A stretch of 64,000 nt of DNA, taken from the NCBI GenBank assembly GCA_049791095.1, contig JBAQZP010000023.1:6796-70795 (forward strand), given 5' to 3'. This DNA comes from Phormidesmis sp. (GTDB lineage: Bacteria; Cyanobacteriota; Cyanobacteriia; Phormidesmidales; Phormidesmidaceae). Below are positions 17,026 to 26,148 of the stretch, in pieces (the first letter of the stretch is position 1; every line of letters starts with the position of its first letter). The notes under the pieces were generated by a model. The model did not search any database. It had not been told where the DNA came from and worked only from the letters and a program-made list of their open reading frames with translations. Position numbers and translations under genes: made by a program.

Positions 17026-17193
17026 CGCCTCATTTGTTTTTTGTGAAGGCACTGTAGCAATGAGCGTGCTTAGAACTTTGCTGACTGATTTTGGTGCTGT
17101 AAACGCTTGCACTATGTCTTCGGGATGCAGGAATTTCTGCTACTTATGGGGGTGAAGTGTCAGGCTTTCTTTTGCATTAAGATGTAGCTGGAT

Positions 17194-17445
17194 GTGGTTA
17201 TTGGGGGTTGGGTTTTGCGATCGCTTACTCGAATTACTTCGAGCCCAGATGTGATGGGCGGCAAGCCTTGCATTCGAGGAATGCGGGTCACGGTAGGGAC
17301 TATTTTGGGGTTGATAGCGGCTGGGAGAACAGAGGAAGAGATTCTAGGGGCTTATCCATATTTAGACTCAGCCGATTTAAAAGAGGCATTGATTTATGCA
17401 GCTTGGCGAGTAGAAGAAGTTGAGGTTTCTCTACAGTCTGCATGA
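17194..17445 (+). CDS. DUF433 domain protein (putative antitoxin)
   Basis: SSPDVMGGKPCIRGMRVTVGTILGLIAAGRTEEEILGAYPYLDSADLKEALIYAA is the DUF433 signature. GTG start; overlaps the next ORF by 4 nt. Confidence 0.8.
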   Translation: MVIGGWVLRSLTRITSSPDVMGGKPCIRGMRVTVGTILGLIAAGRTEEEILGAYPYLDSADLKEALIYAAWRVEEVEVSLQSA

Positions 17446-17804
17446 AAGTCCTAATCGACATGAACCTTTCGCCCAGTTGGACAGATTTTTTTGCGTCAAA
17501 TGGAATTCACGCTACGCATTGGGTAACGGTTGGTAGTCCGAATGATTCCGATACCGTACTGATGGCTTGGGCGAGAGCTAACGGCTACATCGTATTTACC
17601 CACGATCTCGACTTTGGAGCATTGCTGGCCAGTACTCAGGCCAACGCGCCCAGTGTCTTGCAACTAAGAACTCAGGACACGTTTTATCAGGCGGTTGGCG
17701 GAGTTGTTCTATCTGCCTTAAGGCAGTTCAGTGCTGAGTTAGAAAAGGGGGCGCTTGTTTCGGTTGATGTGAGCCGGTCACGAGTTCGTATTCTTCCATT
17801 TTGA
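17442..17804 (+). CDS. DUF5615/Mut7-C-like PIN-fold protein (putative toxin)
   Basis: MKVLIDMNLSP...IVFTHDLDFG pattern of DUF5615 partners of DUF433. ATGA start/stop overlap with the upstream gene. Confidence 0.75.
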   Translation: MKVLIDMNLSPSWTDFFASNGIHATHWVTVGSPNDSDTVLMAWARANGYIVFTHDLDFGALLASTQANAPSVLQLRTQDTFYQAVGGVVLSALRQFSAELEKGALVSVDVSRSRVRILPF

Positions 17805-17928
17805 TAGGCAGGGTGACCACCAGCGGTTGTCTTCTTCAGCAGCCCAAGCTAGACAGTTGTAGTTTGGAGTATGTGGGCTGGTTATTCGGTAGTGAGTGCT
17901 TGCTAGTTGAGGCCAGTCCTACTCTAGT

Positions 17929-18345
17929 TCAGCATTGATATCCATGCGCTTTTCCCCACTTTAGCCAAGCTTCGGCCATCTTTGGCAAATGCCCACGGTC
18001 GTCAGGTGAGATCGGATTTTCTCCTGTAATTGAGCGCAAAGCCCAAAACCAATGATCGGGCTGTTCTTTTAGCGCCTTTAGAAGTAGAGGAATGGCTGGT
18101 TTACCCATACCGATAATTTGCTGATAGGCTTTGTTGAGCACGATATCGCTCATCAGGGAGACATGTCGGGTGTCGTGCTTCCACTGGCTAGCAAGGGTTT
18201 GGAATCTTTCGGTTAGGGAGGGCTCTGGCAATGCTGATGTGGATAGTGTCAGCAGACGTTCTTGAAAAAAGCTATCGGGATTTTTTCCACTGTCAGTCAG
18301 CTTCTTTAACAGCTCGTCGGGAATGTCTAAGCTAATCCGAGCCAT
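17929..18345 (-). CDS. hypothetical protein, possible N-terminal ribbon-helix-helix
   Basis: 138 aa. MARISLDIPDELLKKLTD..NPDSFFQERLL resembles a CopG/RHH strand-helix-helix. The Trp-rich C-terminal domain (HWFWALRSITGENP...AWLKWGKAHGY) is unassigned. Confidence 0.5.
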   Translation of the reverse strand: MARISLDIPDELLKKLTDSGKNPDSFFQERLLTLSTSALPEPSLTERFQTLASQWKHDTRHVSLMSDIVLNKAYQQIIGMGKPAIPLLLKALKEQPDHWFWALRSITGENPISPDDRGHLPKMAEAWLKWGKAHGYQC

Positions 18346-18475
18346 AGGTCTTGGGTACTAGGAATGGCCTAATTTTAGCCTGTACCGCTAGAGAGAATTC
18401 GGCCCTGTGGATAAAAATGATTAAGGCATTCCTCGGCATACGGCGGTCTGCACTGCAAAATTACTCATCATCACA

Positions 18476-18643
18476 CTGCACTTGATGAGTCGCACTCAGG
18501 AAGGGTTCATTCACCAACTGCACTTGATGAGTCGCATTCAGGAAGGGTTCATCCGCACACTGCACTTGATGAGTCGCACTGCAAAATCATTCATTACCAC
18601 GCTGCACTTGATGCAGAACGCGCTGCAACAATTCCCATTTATG
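18476..18643. repeat. 42-bp tandem direct repeat x4
   Basis: CTGCACTTGATG starts at 18476, 18518, 18560 and 18602, an exact 42-bp period. The unit is about CTGCACTTGATGAGTCGCAYTCAGGAAGGGTTCATYCRC; units 3 and 4 diverge. GCACTGCAAAAT appears at about 18450 and about 18577. Confidence 0.9.
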
Positions 18644-18645
18644 TA

Positions 18646-18855
18646 TCAGGCGTTGGTTGGCAGAGAATTGAGCGAGTTTTGGATGCCTTTGGTGGTTGGA
18701 TGATTGGGGCCGAGGGTGGATTGGGCGATCGCCAGCGCTTGAATATAGAACATTTCTGCCAAATAGTAGCTCCCTTGCAATTGATACAAACCGCCAAAAT
18801 TCCATTGTAGGGTGGCCACATTTGGATGAACTTCGCCGAGCAACTGTTTGTACAT
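18646..18855 (-). pseudogene. remnant of a TPR (TPR_12/KLC-type) repeat protein
   Basis: The 69-aa ORF reads MYKQLLGEVHPNVATLQWNFGGLYQLQGSYYLAEMFYIQALAIAQSTLGPNHPTTKGIQNSL, only about 1.5 TPR_12 units. There is no NTPase or other domain. Confidence 0.5.
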
Positions 18856-18887
18856 CGTTTGAAATTCTCACTTCCCTCATTGTTGAC

Positions 18888-19256
18888 CTAACAGCCGGTT
18901 GCATTGTCGTAGATGTTCTGCTCCATATTGCTTTGATCCACTAACTTACCCGCATTAATTTCCTGCGCGATCGCCCTCACCTGCTCTGCAAACTCATCAT
19001 CTAACATCTCCACACTCAAAAAGGTAGAGACAATCTCAATCGATCCCTCATAGCCCTTTTCTGCTTGGGCCAGAGCTATCTCAGCCGTTGCATTCTTACC
19101 CTGCAACCGGTTCCATATCATCTGACGAAGCTCGCCCATCTTGGCAATGGCCGCCGCCGAAAACTTCTTCGCCAGCTCGCCAGCGCTCGTTTGCAAAAAT
19201 TCTTGAAAGGCTAATTGGGCGATCGCACTAGCAGTCAACGTTACAGGGTCAGCCAT
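18888..19256 (-). CDS. alpha-helical hypothetical protein resembling N-terminal modules of cyanobacterial STAND/TPR proteins
   Basis: 122 aa: MADPVTLTASAIAQLAFQEFLQTSAGELAKKF...INAGKLVDQSNMEQNIYDNATG. It ends 32 nt before the TPR remnant, in a different frame. Confidence 0.45.
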   Translation of the reverse strand: MADPVTLTASAIAQLAFQEFLQTSAGELAKKFSAAAIAKMGELRQMIWNRLQGKNATAEIALAQAEKGYEGSIEIVSTFLSVEMLDDEFAEQVRAIAQEINAGKLVDQSNMEQNIYDNATGC

Positions 19257-19301
19257 AGAGAGTTCAGAAGCAACTAGCCAAATTATAGAGATTTATACAA
19301 A

Positions 19302-19685
19302 CTATTGAGCTTCATCATCTAGAATTTCCTGTGAGGTTGAGCGATAACTGCGGGCTTTCTCTCGCTCATAAAGCACCCGCCCCTCCCTCAAAAGCCGGGC
19401 AATAAAAGGTCTATCTTTACAGCGAGAGAGTTCCTCGGGTGTATCCACAATCGCATCTACCGCCCGAGGCGCATCTATCAATAACTTCAATACCTTGCCT
19501 ATACGTTCAATCGGGCCAATGTCGCATTGCCACAGCATGAATAAGTCAATATCAGAACGTCGAGTGGCCTCACCACAGGCCCACGAGCCAAACAATATAA
19601 TTTTCTCGGGATCAAACTCCGTTCGCAAACGCTCTGTCGCTTGATCTAACCAGGGTTGGATGCTTTGAATGCTTTGTCCCATCAA
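19302..19685 (-). CDS. minimal nucleotidyltransferase (MNT-like) domain protein
   Basis: IILFGSWACGEATRRSDIDLFM is the Pol-beta-type GS...D.D motif. 127 aa. Confidence 0.8.
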   Translation of the reverse strand: MMGQSIQSIQPWLDQATERLRTEFDPEKIILFGSWACGEATRRSDIDLFMLWQCDIGPIERIGKVLKLLIDAPRAVDAIVDTPEELSRCKDRPFIARLLREGRVLYEREKARSYRSTSQEILDDEAQ

Positions 19686-19794
19686 CTACACCAGGTAATT
19701 CTTTGGCGGTGAACATCAATTGACTGCGTCCCGTTCATAATAAAAGAAGTTGGCCTATCCGCTGCGACTATCTCCTGCCCATTAGCAACTTACT

Positions 19795-20628
19795 ATGCTC
19801 GAACTTCACAGCCACACCACCTGCTCAGACGGTAGCCTCACACCTACAGAGCTAGTGAAATTTGCCGCGCAAAAAGGCGTAAAGGCACTGGCCATTACCG
19901 ATCACGATACGATGGCAGGGTGGGATGAGGCGATCGCAGCCGCCACCCCGCTAACTCTGGAAATTGTCCCCGGACTAGAACTCAGCACCGTTTACAATGG
20001 CCGCTCTATGCATATTCTGGGCTTTTATCCAGATCAGAAAAAACTGCTAGCGCCCTTACAAGAGCGCGTAGAAGGCCGCAAACGCCGCGCCCGCAAAATG
20101 GCCGAAAAACTCGCGGCACTAGGCTACCCGATTGAGCTGCTCGACCTGTCCGGCTCCATGGCCCCCGGACGCCCCCATATTGCCAGCGCTCTCAAAGCAG
20201 CAGGCCATGTAAAATCTAGCAACGAAGCCTTTGACCGCTTTTTAAAGGACGACGGCCCCGCCTACGTCCCTTATGAAAAGTTCACCGCCAGGCAAGGCAT
20301 AGAACTCCTGCTGAGCTGCGGCGCAGTCCCAGTATGGGCACATCCTTACATCTTTCGTGGCGGCACGGTCGATACGATTCTGCCAGAGCTAATCGACAAT
20401 GGCCTCATGGGCATAGAAGTCTATCACCCTACCCACAGCCCCAGCCAAACCCGCCGCCTGGAAGAATACTGCCAAACCTACAATCTGTTGATGACTGGCG
20501 GCAGTGATTACCACGGCCCTAAAAAAGAGAAAAATCCAGACTTTAAGGATCTAAACTCGCTAGCGGTTCCCCTATCGCTACTGCCGCCGATTAAAAGGGC
20601 TGCGATCGCCTTAAAGCCCTCATTCTAA
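19795..20628 (+). CDS. PHP domain phosphoesterase (TrpH/YciV-like)
   Basis: LELHSHTTCSDGSLTP, ALAITDHDT, a WAHP motif and GGSDYHG. Confidence 0.85.
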   Translation: MLELHSHTTCSDGSLTPTELVKFAAQKGVKALAITDHDTMAGWDEAIAAATPLTLEIVPGLELSTVYNGRSMHILGFYPDQKKLLAPLQERVEGRKRRARKMAEKLAALGYPIELLDLSGSMAPGRPHIASALKAAGHVKSSNEAFDRFLKDDGPAYVPYEKFTARQGIELLLSCGAVPVWAHPYIFRGGTVDTILPELIDNGLMGIEVYHPTHSPSQTRRLEEYCQTYNLLMTGGSDYHGPKKEKNPDFKDLNSLAVPLSLLPPIKRAAIALKPSF

Positions 20629-20690
20629 AAATCTTCAACCGTTCAATGGAGCCTTTCACCTCCACAGCCGATAAACAACCTTGATAAAAG

Positions 20691-22082
20691 ATGAAACATC
20701 GCTTTATAGCTATTTTTGCCAGCGTTTGTTTGACCGTTATGCTGACTACGGCACCGACGCTGGGGCAAGAAGATGCTGCGGTTGAAAATATGCCAATCGC
20801 TGAGCCGATGGAGACGGACGCGATCGCAGCCCCCACCAACGACGTCTACTTTGCCGATGTAATCGTGCGCGGCCAAACCGTTTTCCAAATTGGTAGTCTT
20901 AACGACCTTTCGGCCAGCCAGCGAGCGGCCATTATTAACCGCCGCATTGCCAGCCTACTAGAGCGTACCGATGGCGAGGTGACCGTGACAGCAGCACCCG
21001 TCGAGGGTCAAAAACTCATCACGCTGCAAGCCAACAACCGCGTGCTGATGACAGTCACCGAACAGGACGCCCAGGATTTTGGCCTGCCGCTAGAAACCCT
21101 GGCTGAAGATTGGGCCAATCGGCTTGGCAATAGCTTCGACAAACCGCCCGTGGCCATCGATGTGGCGCAGCGCCTGAACGGCACCATTCGTCAGCTTGGC
21201 AAAGACGCCGTCGATAGCATTCCAGCCCTGATTGGTGTGCTAATTGTGATGATTGCAACCTGGCTGGTGGCCAAAGGCGTTCGCTACAGCGCCTTTCGCT
21301 GGGCGCAGCAGACCGAAGGCGACCACGGGACAGAAGTGTTGATCGGTCGGTTAGGCTATGGCGGCGTTTGGGTCGCCGGATCGGTGATTGCGCTGGGCGT
21401 ATGGGGCATAGATTTTGCCACTATGCTGGGCGCATTAGGCTTAACCAGCGTAGCTATTGGTTTTAGCCTAAAAGATGTTTTAAGTAACTACATTTCAGGC
21501 GTTATTTTGCTGGCAGCTCGGCCCTTTCATATCGGCGATCAGGTGGTCATCAAAGGATACGAAGGCACGATTACTCAAATACAGCTTCGCACAACCACGC
21601 TTAAAACTTACGATGGTCGCATGATCTACATTCCTAATCAGGAAGTGTTTCAGGCCAGCATTACCAACAACACAGCCGCTAAGTATCTGCGCAGCTCAGT
21701 GATGGTGGGCATCGACTATGACGCCAATATTGCAGAAGCTCGTCAGGTCATCGTAGAAGCTATTGCCGCGCTTGACCAGGTACAACCGGAGCCTGTGCCT
21801 GAAGTATTGGTCAATGAACTCGCTGCCAGCACCGTCAATATAGAAGTTCGGTTTTGGGTAGATTCTCACCGCGCTGGCTTTTTAGGAACCACGTCACTGG
21901 TAGCTCAAAAAGTGAAAGAAGCTTTGCAAACCAAAGAGATTGAGATGCCCACCGAGATTTATACGCTGTTGTTGAAAGATGTGCCCGAAGAAATGAAGCA
22001 GAAGAGCGGGCCAAATAATGAAGGTGCGATCGCCCATACCAACCACACCCCCTCACAGACAGGCACTTTAACAGAAACGTAG
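20691..22082 (+). CDS. mechanosensitive ion channel (MscS family) protein
   Basis: Signal/TM N-terminus and TM helices, then the MscS core LKDVLSNYISGVILLAARPFHIGDQVVIKGYEGTITQIQLRTTTLKTYDGRMIYIPNQEVF. Confidence 0.85.
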   Translation: MKHRFIAIFASVCLTVMLTTAPTLGQEDAAVENMPIAEPMETDAIAAPTNDVYFADVIVRGQTVFQIGSLNDLSASQRAAIINRRIASLLERTDGEVTVTAAPVEGQKLITLQANNRVLMTVTEQDAQDFGLPLETLAEDWANRLGNSFDKPPVAIDVAQRLNGTIRQLGKDAVDSIPALIGVLIVMIATWLVAKGVRYSAFRWAQQTEGDHGTEVLIGRLGYGGVWVAGSVIALGVWGIDFATMLGALGLTSVAIGFSLKDVLSNYISGVILLAARPFHIGDQVVIKGYEGTITQIQLRTTTLKTYDGRMIYIPNQEVFQASITNNTAAKYLRSSVMVGIDYDANIAEARQVIVEAIAALDQVQPEPVPEVLVNELAASTVNIEVRFWVDSHRAGFLGTTSLVAQKVKEALQTKEIEMPTEIYTLLLKDVPEEMKQKSGPNNEGAIAHTNHTPSQTGTLTET

Positions 22083-22088
22083 CTGCTC

Positions 22089-22982
22089 CTACCGCCACAA
22101 GCCGGTAATTGCTCTAACCGCCGCCGGAAGCAACCGCCTGCGTGACTCTCTAGCCACAATTCCCAATGCTGCTGCCGCCGGATTACCACTTCTAACAACC
22201 GTTAGCGCATTCTGAGCAATTCTGCGGGTTCTAGAATCTCGCGCACCCACTAGCTGATTCAAGACAGGCACTGCCGGTAGCGCTTGCTCGCCCAACTGCG
22301 CCAGGCCAGAAACGGCTAGCTCACGAGCCTGCATATTGTCAGAAACCGCTGCCTCAATCAGAATAGGGAGGACGCGATCGCGCAAACTCACCTTCTCTGG
22401 CTCAGAATTACCCGTCAATGTCCACAGCGCATCTGCTGCATACAGCCGCGTCAACACATTGTCACTGTTCAGCGCGGTCGTTAGCGCAGGCATCGAATCA
22501 GACTCAACCGTAAACATATCGCTGGTCGCCGCCAAGTCTAGCCGCTCGGTCTCGACTGGCAAAGAAGCCTCTATACTGGCGCTTTCTAAATTGCTGAGAA
22601 TCAATGCACCTGCTGGCTCTTCAAAGTCAGCCGCCAAAGCCTGATTTAGCTCTAACAGTGCCGCCTCGCTTTCTACCGCAGTATTCTGGGCCAATTCAGC
22701 CGCTTCTGGCTCAGTCTCATTCAGCTCAGCCTCTTCTGACTCAGCAGCTTGCTCTACCGCAATCTCTTCAACGCCCGTAGAAAACTCATCGCTTTCAATC
22801 AGAGAGCCTTCAACAACAGAACCTTCAGCAGTAGAATCTGGAACAGTAGAACTTTCAGTCGTAGACTCTAGAACAATAAAGTCTTGAGCGGATGCGGGGG
22901 GTGCGATCGCCACCAAACCTGCCGTCAAAACACTAGACAAAACCGCAGCCCTAACAAAATTGCTTTGACCAACCATCGACAA
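22089..22982 (-). CDS. secreted acidic protein with C-terminal HEAT-like repeats
   Basis: Signal peptide ending ASAQD. An E/S/T-rich low-complexity region of about 150 aa follows. The C-terminus has HEAT/PBS-lyase-like helices (RLYAADALWTLTG, ARELAVSGLAQLGEQALPAVPVL, RRIAQNALTVV). Confidence 0.6.
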   Translation of the reverse strand: MSMVGQSNFVRAAVLSSVLTAGLVAIAPPASAQDFIVLESTTESSTVPDSTAEGSVVEGSLIESDEFSTGVEEIAVEQAAESEEAELNETEPEAAELAQNTAVESEAALLELNQALAADFEEPAGALILSNLESASIEASLPVETERLDLAATSDMFTVESDSMPALTTALNSDNVLTRLYAADALWTLTGNSEPEKVSLRDRVLPILIEAAVSDNMQARELAVSGLAQLGEQALPAVPVLNQLVGARDSRTRRIAQNALTVVRSGNPAAAALGIVARESRRRLLPAAVRAITGLWR

Positions 22983-23103
22983 AATCCTGGCGACTCCGAA
23001 AGGTTATTGAGCCTATAAAATAACTAACCTCAGGCCCTACATCGCAGAACCCGAGGTCACTTAATATTTTGGCTAACGATATGCTTTGGCTAACGACCGC
23101 TCT

Positions 23104-25404
23104 TTAGTCTGACCCACCCGCCAGCGCCGCATCCGTTTTTTGCTTATCCAGCTTCATCATAATCACGCTCAACGGCGGTAAGGTCAGATCCAGCGAATAG
23201 GGTCGGTTATGGAACGTCCAGTCATCCGCCCACTTACCGCCCAAATTACCAATGTTGGCCCCCCCAAAATCACGCGCATCGCTGTTGAAAATCTCTCGGT
23301 AATAACCCTGCGTAGGCACCCCTACTCGGTAATGGCTATGCGGCTGTGGGGTAAAGTTGCACACCGTCAAAATAAACTCATCGCTTTCTTTATCAAAGCG
23401 AATAAACGACACCACACTGTGCTTATTATCGCTACAGTCTACCCACTCAAACCCTTCCTGCGAAAAGTCTTGCGTATACAGCGCTGGCTCCCGGCGATAC
23501 AAATAGTTCAGCCGTTCAATGCAGTACTTTAGCTGCTTGTGCCCTTCAAACTGCAACAAATGCCATTCCAAATCGCCCCACACATTCCACTCGCTCCACT
23601 GGCCAAACTCCATCCCCATGAACAAAGTCTTCTTTCCAGGATGCGCATACATGTAGGCATATAACGCCCTTAAATTAGCCATCTTTTGCCAGTCATCGCC
23701 CGGCATTTTACCAATCATGTGGCTTTTGCCATGCACAACCTCGTCGTGAGAGAGCGCCAGCATAAAGTTCTCACTAAAGGCGTACCAAATGCTAAAGGTA
23801 ATGTTGTTTTGGTGAAACTGACGGAACCAGGGATCCATCTCGAAGTAATCGAGCATGTCGTTCATCCAGCCCATGTTCCACTTCAAGTTAAAGCCCAGAC
23901 CGCCCACATAAGTCGGCCATGACACCATCGGCCAAGACGTCGATTCTTCGGCAATCGAAAGCGCTCCTGGATAGTGGCTAAACAAAACATGGTTGACTTG
24001 CTTCAAACATTCCGCCGCCTCAATATTCTCTCTGCCGCCATATTCATTGGCCACCCACTCTCCCGGCTTGCGGTTGTAGTCCAAATACAGCATGGAAGCG
24101 ACTGCATCAACTCGAATACCATCGATATGGTACTTGTCGAACCAGAACAAGACATTAGCGATCAAAAAGTTGCGGACTTCATGGCGACCATAGTTGAACA
24201 CCAGCGTGCCCCACTCCTTGTGCTCGCCGCGCCTTGGGTCGGCATGTTCGTACAGGTGAGTGCCATCAAAAAAGGCCAGGCCATGACCATCTTTTGGAAA
24301 GTGACCGGGCACCCAGTCCACAATCACCCCAATGCCGTTGATATGGCACTGGTCAACAAAATACATAAAGTCTTCTGGGCTGCCATAGCGCGAAGTGGGT
24401 GCAAAGTAACCCGTTACCTGGTAGCCCCACGAGCCGTCAAAAGGATGCTCTGCCACAGGCAGCACTTCAATATGGGTAAAGCCCATCTCCTTGACATAGG
24501 GAACTAGCTTTTCCGCTAGCTCGCGATAGGTCAAGAACCTTGCGCCCGGCTTGAGGTCGGCGACGGTGACGGGCGGAGCGTCGCTGCCGTCAGCTTGTTT
24601 GGCGGGCTCGGCTGAGGGGGCATGTAGCCAAGAGCCCAGATGTACTTCGTACACTGAAATGGGCTGGCTCATCGCGTCGGTTTGACGGCGGTGCTCCATC
24701 CAATCTTCGTCTCGCCAATTATACTTATCTAGCTCCGCGACAACAGAAGCCGTTTTAGGCCGTACTTCTTGCTGAAAGCCGTAAGGGTCAGATTTTTCAT
24801 AAATATGACCGTCGTAATTCTTGACTTCATATTTGTAGGAGTCACCCGCTTTGAGCTGAGGCACAAACAATTCCCAAATGCCGCTGCTGCCTTTGCGCAT
24901 TTGATGCTGGCGACCATCCCAGCTATTAAAATCACCCATGACAGATACATTGCGAGCGTTGGGTGCCCAAACGGCAAAGTGAACCCCCAGAACGCCATTT
25001 TGAGAGGTAGGATGAGCACCCATCTTTTCGTAAATGCGCTGATGCTTACCCTCTGCAAACAGGTGCAAATCCAAGTCGGTCATCACGGGCGACTTGAAGG
25101 CGTAGGGATCGTAGGTAACATGCTCACAGGGGCCTTCTTTGTAGCGAATCTGGTAATTTGCCAGTTCGTCAATGTCTACAACCGCTTCAAAAAACTGCGG
25201 GTGCTGCTCGTTGGTCATCTCAAACTCTTTGCGGGCCTCGGGCAAAATCACCCAGGCAGCATCGGCCTTGGGCAGGTAGGTGCGTACGACCCACGCTTGT
25301 CTGCCGTTTTGCTCTATGGGGTGTGGCCCCAGCACCTCGAAAGGGTTTTGGTGCTGGTTCCAAACAATCCGCTCAATCTGCTCTAGAGCAATCGTTGACG
25401 ACAT
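23104..25404 (-). CDS. glgB: 1,4-alpha-glucan branching enzyme
   Basis: 766 aa with the GH13 branching-enzyme pattern: [61 protein letters not shown]. Confidence 0.95.
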   Translation of the reverse strand: MSSTIALEQIERIVWNQHQNPFEVLGPHPIEQNGRQAWVVRTYLPKADAAWVILPEARKEFEMTNEQHPQFFEAVVDIDELANYQIRYKEGPCEHVTYDPYAFKSPVMTDLDLHLFAEGKHQRIYEKMGAHPTSQNGVLGVHFAVWAPNARNVSVMGDFNSWDGRQHQMRKGSSGIWELFVPQLKAGDSYKYEVKNYDGHIYEKSDPYGFQQEVRPKTASVVAELDKYNWRDEDWMEHRRQTDAMSQPISVYEVHLGSWLHAPSAEPAKQADGSDAPPVTVADLKPGARFLTYRELAEKLVPYVKEMGFTHIEVLPVAEHPFDGSWGYQVTGYFAPTSRYGSPEDFMYFVDQCHINGIGVIVDWVPGHFPKDGHGLAFFDGTHLYEHADPRRGEHKEWGTLVFNYGRHEVRNFLIANVLFWFDKYHIDGIRVDAVASMLYLDYNRKPGEWVANEYGGRENIEAAECLKQVNHVLFSHYPGALSIAEESTSWPMVSWPTYVGGLGFNLKWNMGWMNDMLDYFEMDPWFRQFHQNNITFSIWYAFSENFMLALSHDEVVHGKSHMIGKMPGDDWQKMANLRALYAYMYAHPGKKTLFMGMEFGQWSEWNVWGDLEWHLLQFEGHKQLKYCIERLNYLYRREPALYTQDFSQEGFEWVDCSDNKHSVVSFIRFDKESDEFILTVCNFTPQPHSHYRVGVPTQGYYREIFNSDARDFGGANIGNLGGKWADDWTFHNRPYSLDLTLPPLSVIMMKLDKQKTDAALAGGSD

Positions 25405-25662
25405 ATAAGCTACCTGACCTGCGTAAGATTTGATTTGAAGAGAAACTGACTTAAGTTAAAGGGAACCTAAGCTGTAGGGGGCTGCTCCGGTCGCTGATGA
25501 GGTCAGCAAACTGGCTCAGTTATTGTATGTGTATTTGATATGTTTGTTAGCTTAACAAAACTTCAGTAGCTTTAAAAACTATCGATCGACAGAATATCGC
25601 GCAAAATGCGCCAACGTAGCGGACTTTGCCAAACCCACAGGCTCGTGAGCTAGGGGCATCAG

Positions 25663-26067
25663 CTAGTCGATGAAAGGAAGGATGGGCTTTAAGGCACGGC
25701 GTAGCTGCGCTAAAAAAACGAGATAGCGCAAATCTGAATTGACGAGAGGGTCGCCAGCAGGGGCGGCTAGTTCTGCCTGCAACATAGCGTATTCTGCTGC
25801 ACTTAAAGGTTTGCCGGTAAGCGACGATCGCGCCCCTGTAATAATCTCCGTTCGCAGTATTTCTTCTGGGACTTCCTCTGCAAAAGCTTCAATTGATTCG
25901 CTATTGTCTTCAGGCAATGCTTCTGCGACAGGGCTGATTTGTGCCTGACACATTGGCTGTAAGCCCAGCCACAAAAACGCTACCGGACTAACCCAAGCTA
26001 AACGCTTGATGAATGCAAACCCCACTTTACAAAATCCTTTGTCAAGACAGCTTCCATAGTGTCCCAT
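25663..26067 (-). CDS. hypothetical secreted protein
   Basis: 134-aa ORF with a hydrophobic N-terminal segment (VSPVAFLWLGLQPMCQA). No family recognised; the start codon is uncertain. Confidence 0.4.
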   Translation of the reverse strand: MGHYGSCLDKGFCKVGFAFIKRLAWVSPVAFLWLGLQPMCQAQISPVAEALPEDNSESIEAFAEEVPEEILRTEIITGARSSLTGKPLSAAEYAMLQAELAAPAGDPLVNSDLRYLVFLAQLRRALKPILPFID

Positions 26068-26148
26068 AAGATACTGGCACCCATCTATAAGTATCTTAGA
26101 TTAAAGAAACGACCCAGATGCAATATTCCAAAAGGAAAAACCTGAGCT

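Noticed and set aside
18476-18643. The TTGATGAGTCGC in every 42-bp unit resembles the hammerhead ribozyme core CUGAUGAG followed by a stem.
   Set aside because: The motif is UUGAUGAG rather than CUGAUGA. No downstream GAAA core element or cleavage-site helix can be drawn.
25494-25520. An exact CTGATGAG followed by a 5-bp stem (GTCAG-CAAA-CTGGC) looks like hammerhead helix II.
   Set aside because: The sequence after the stem is TCAGTT, not the required GAAAC. It also lies on the strand antisense to the glgB leader. Probably chance.
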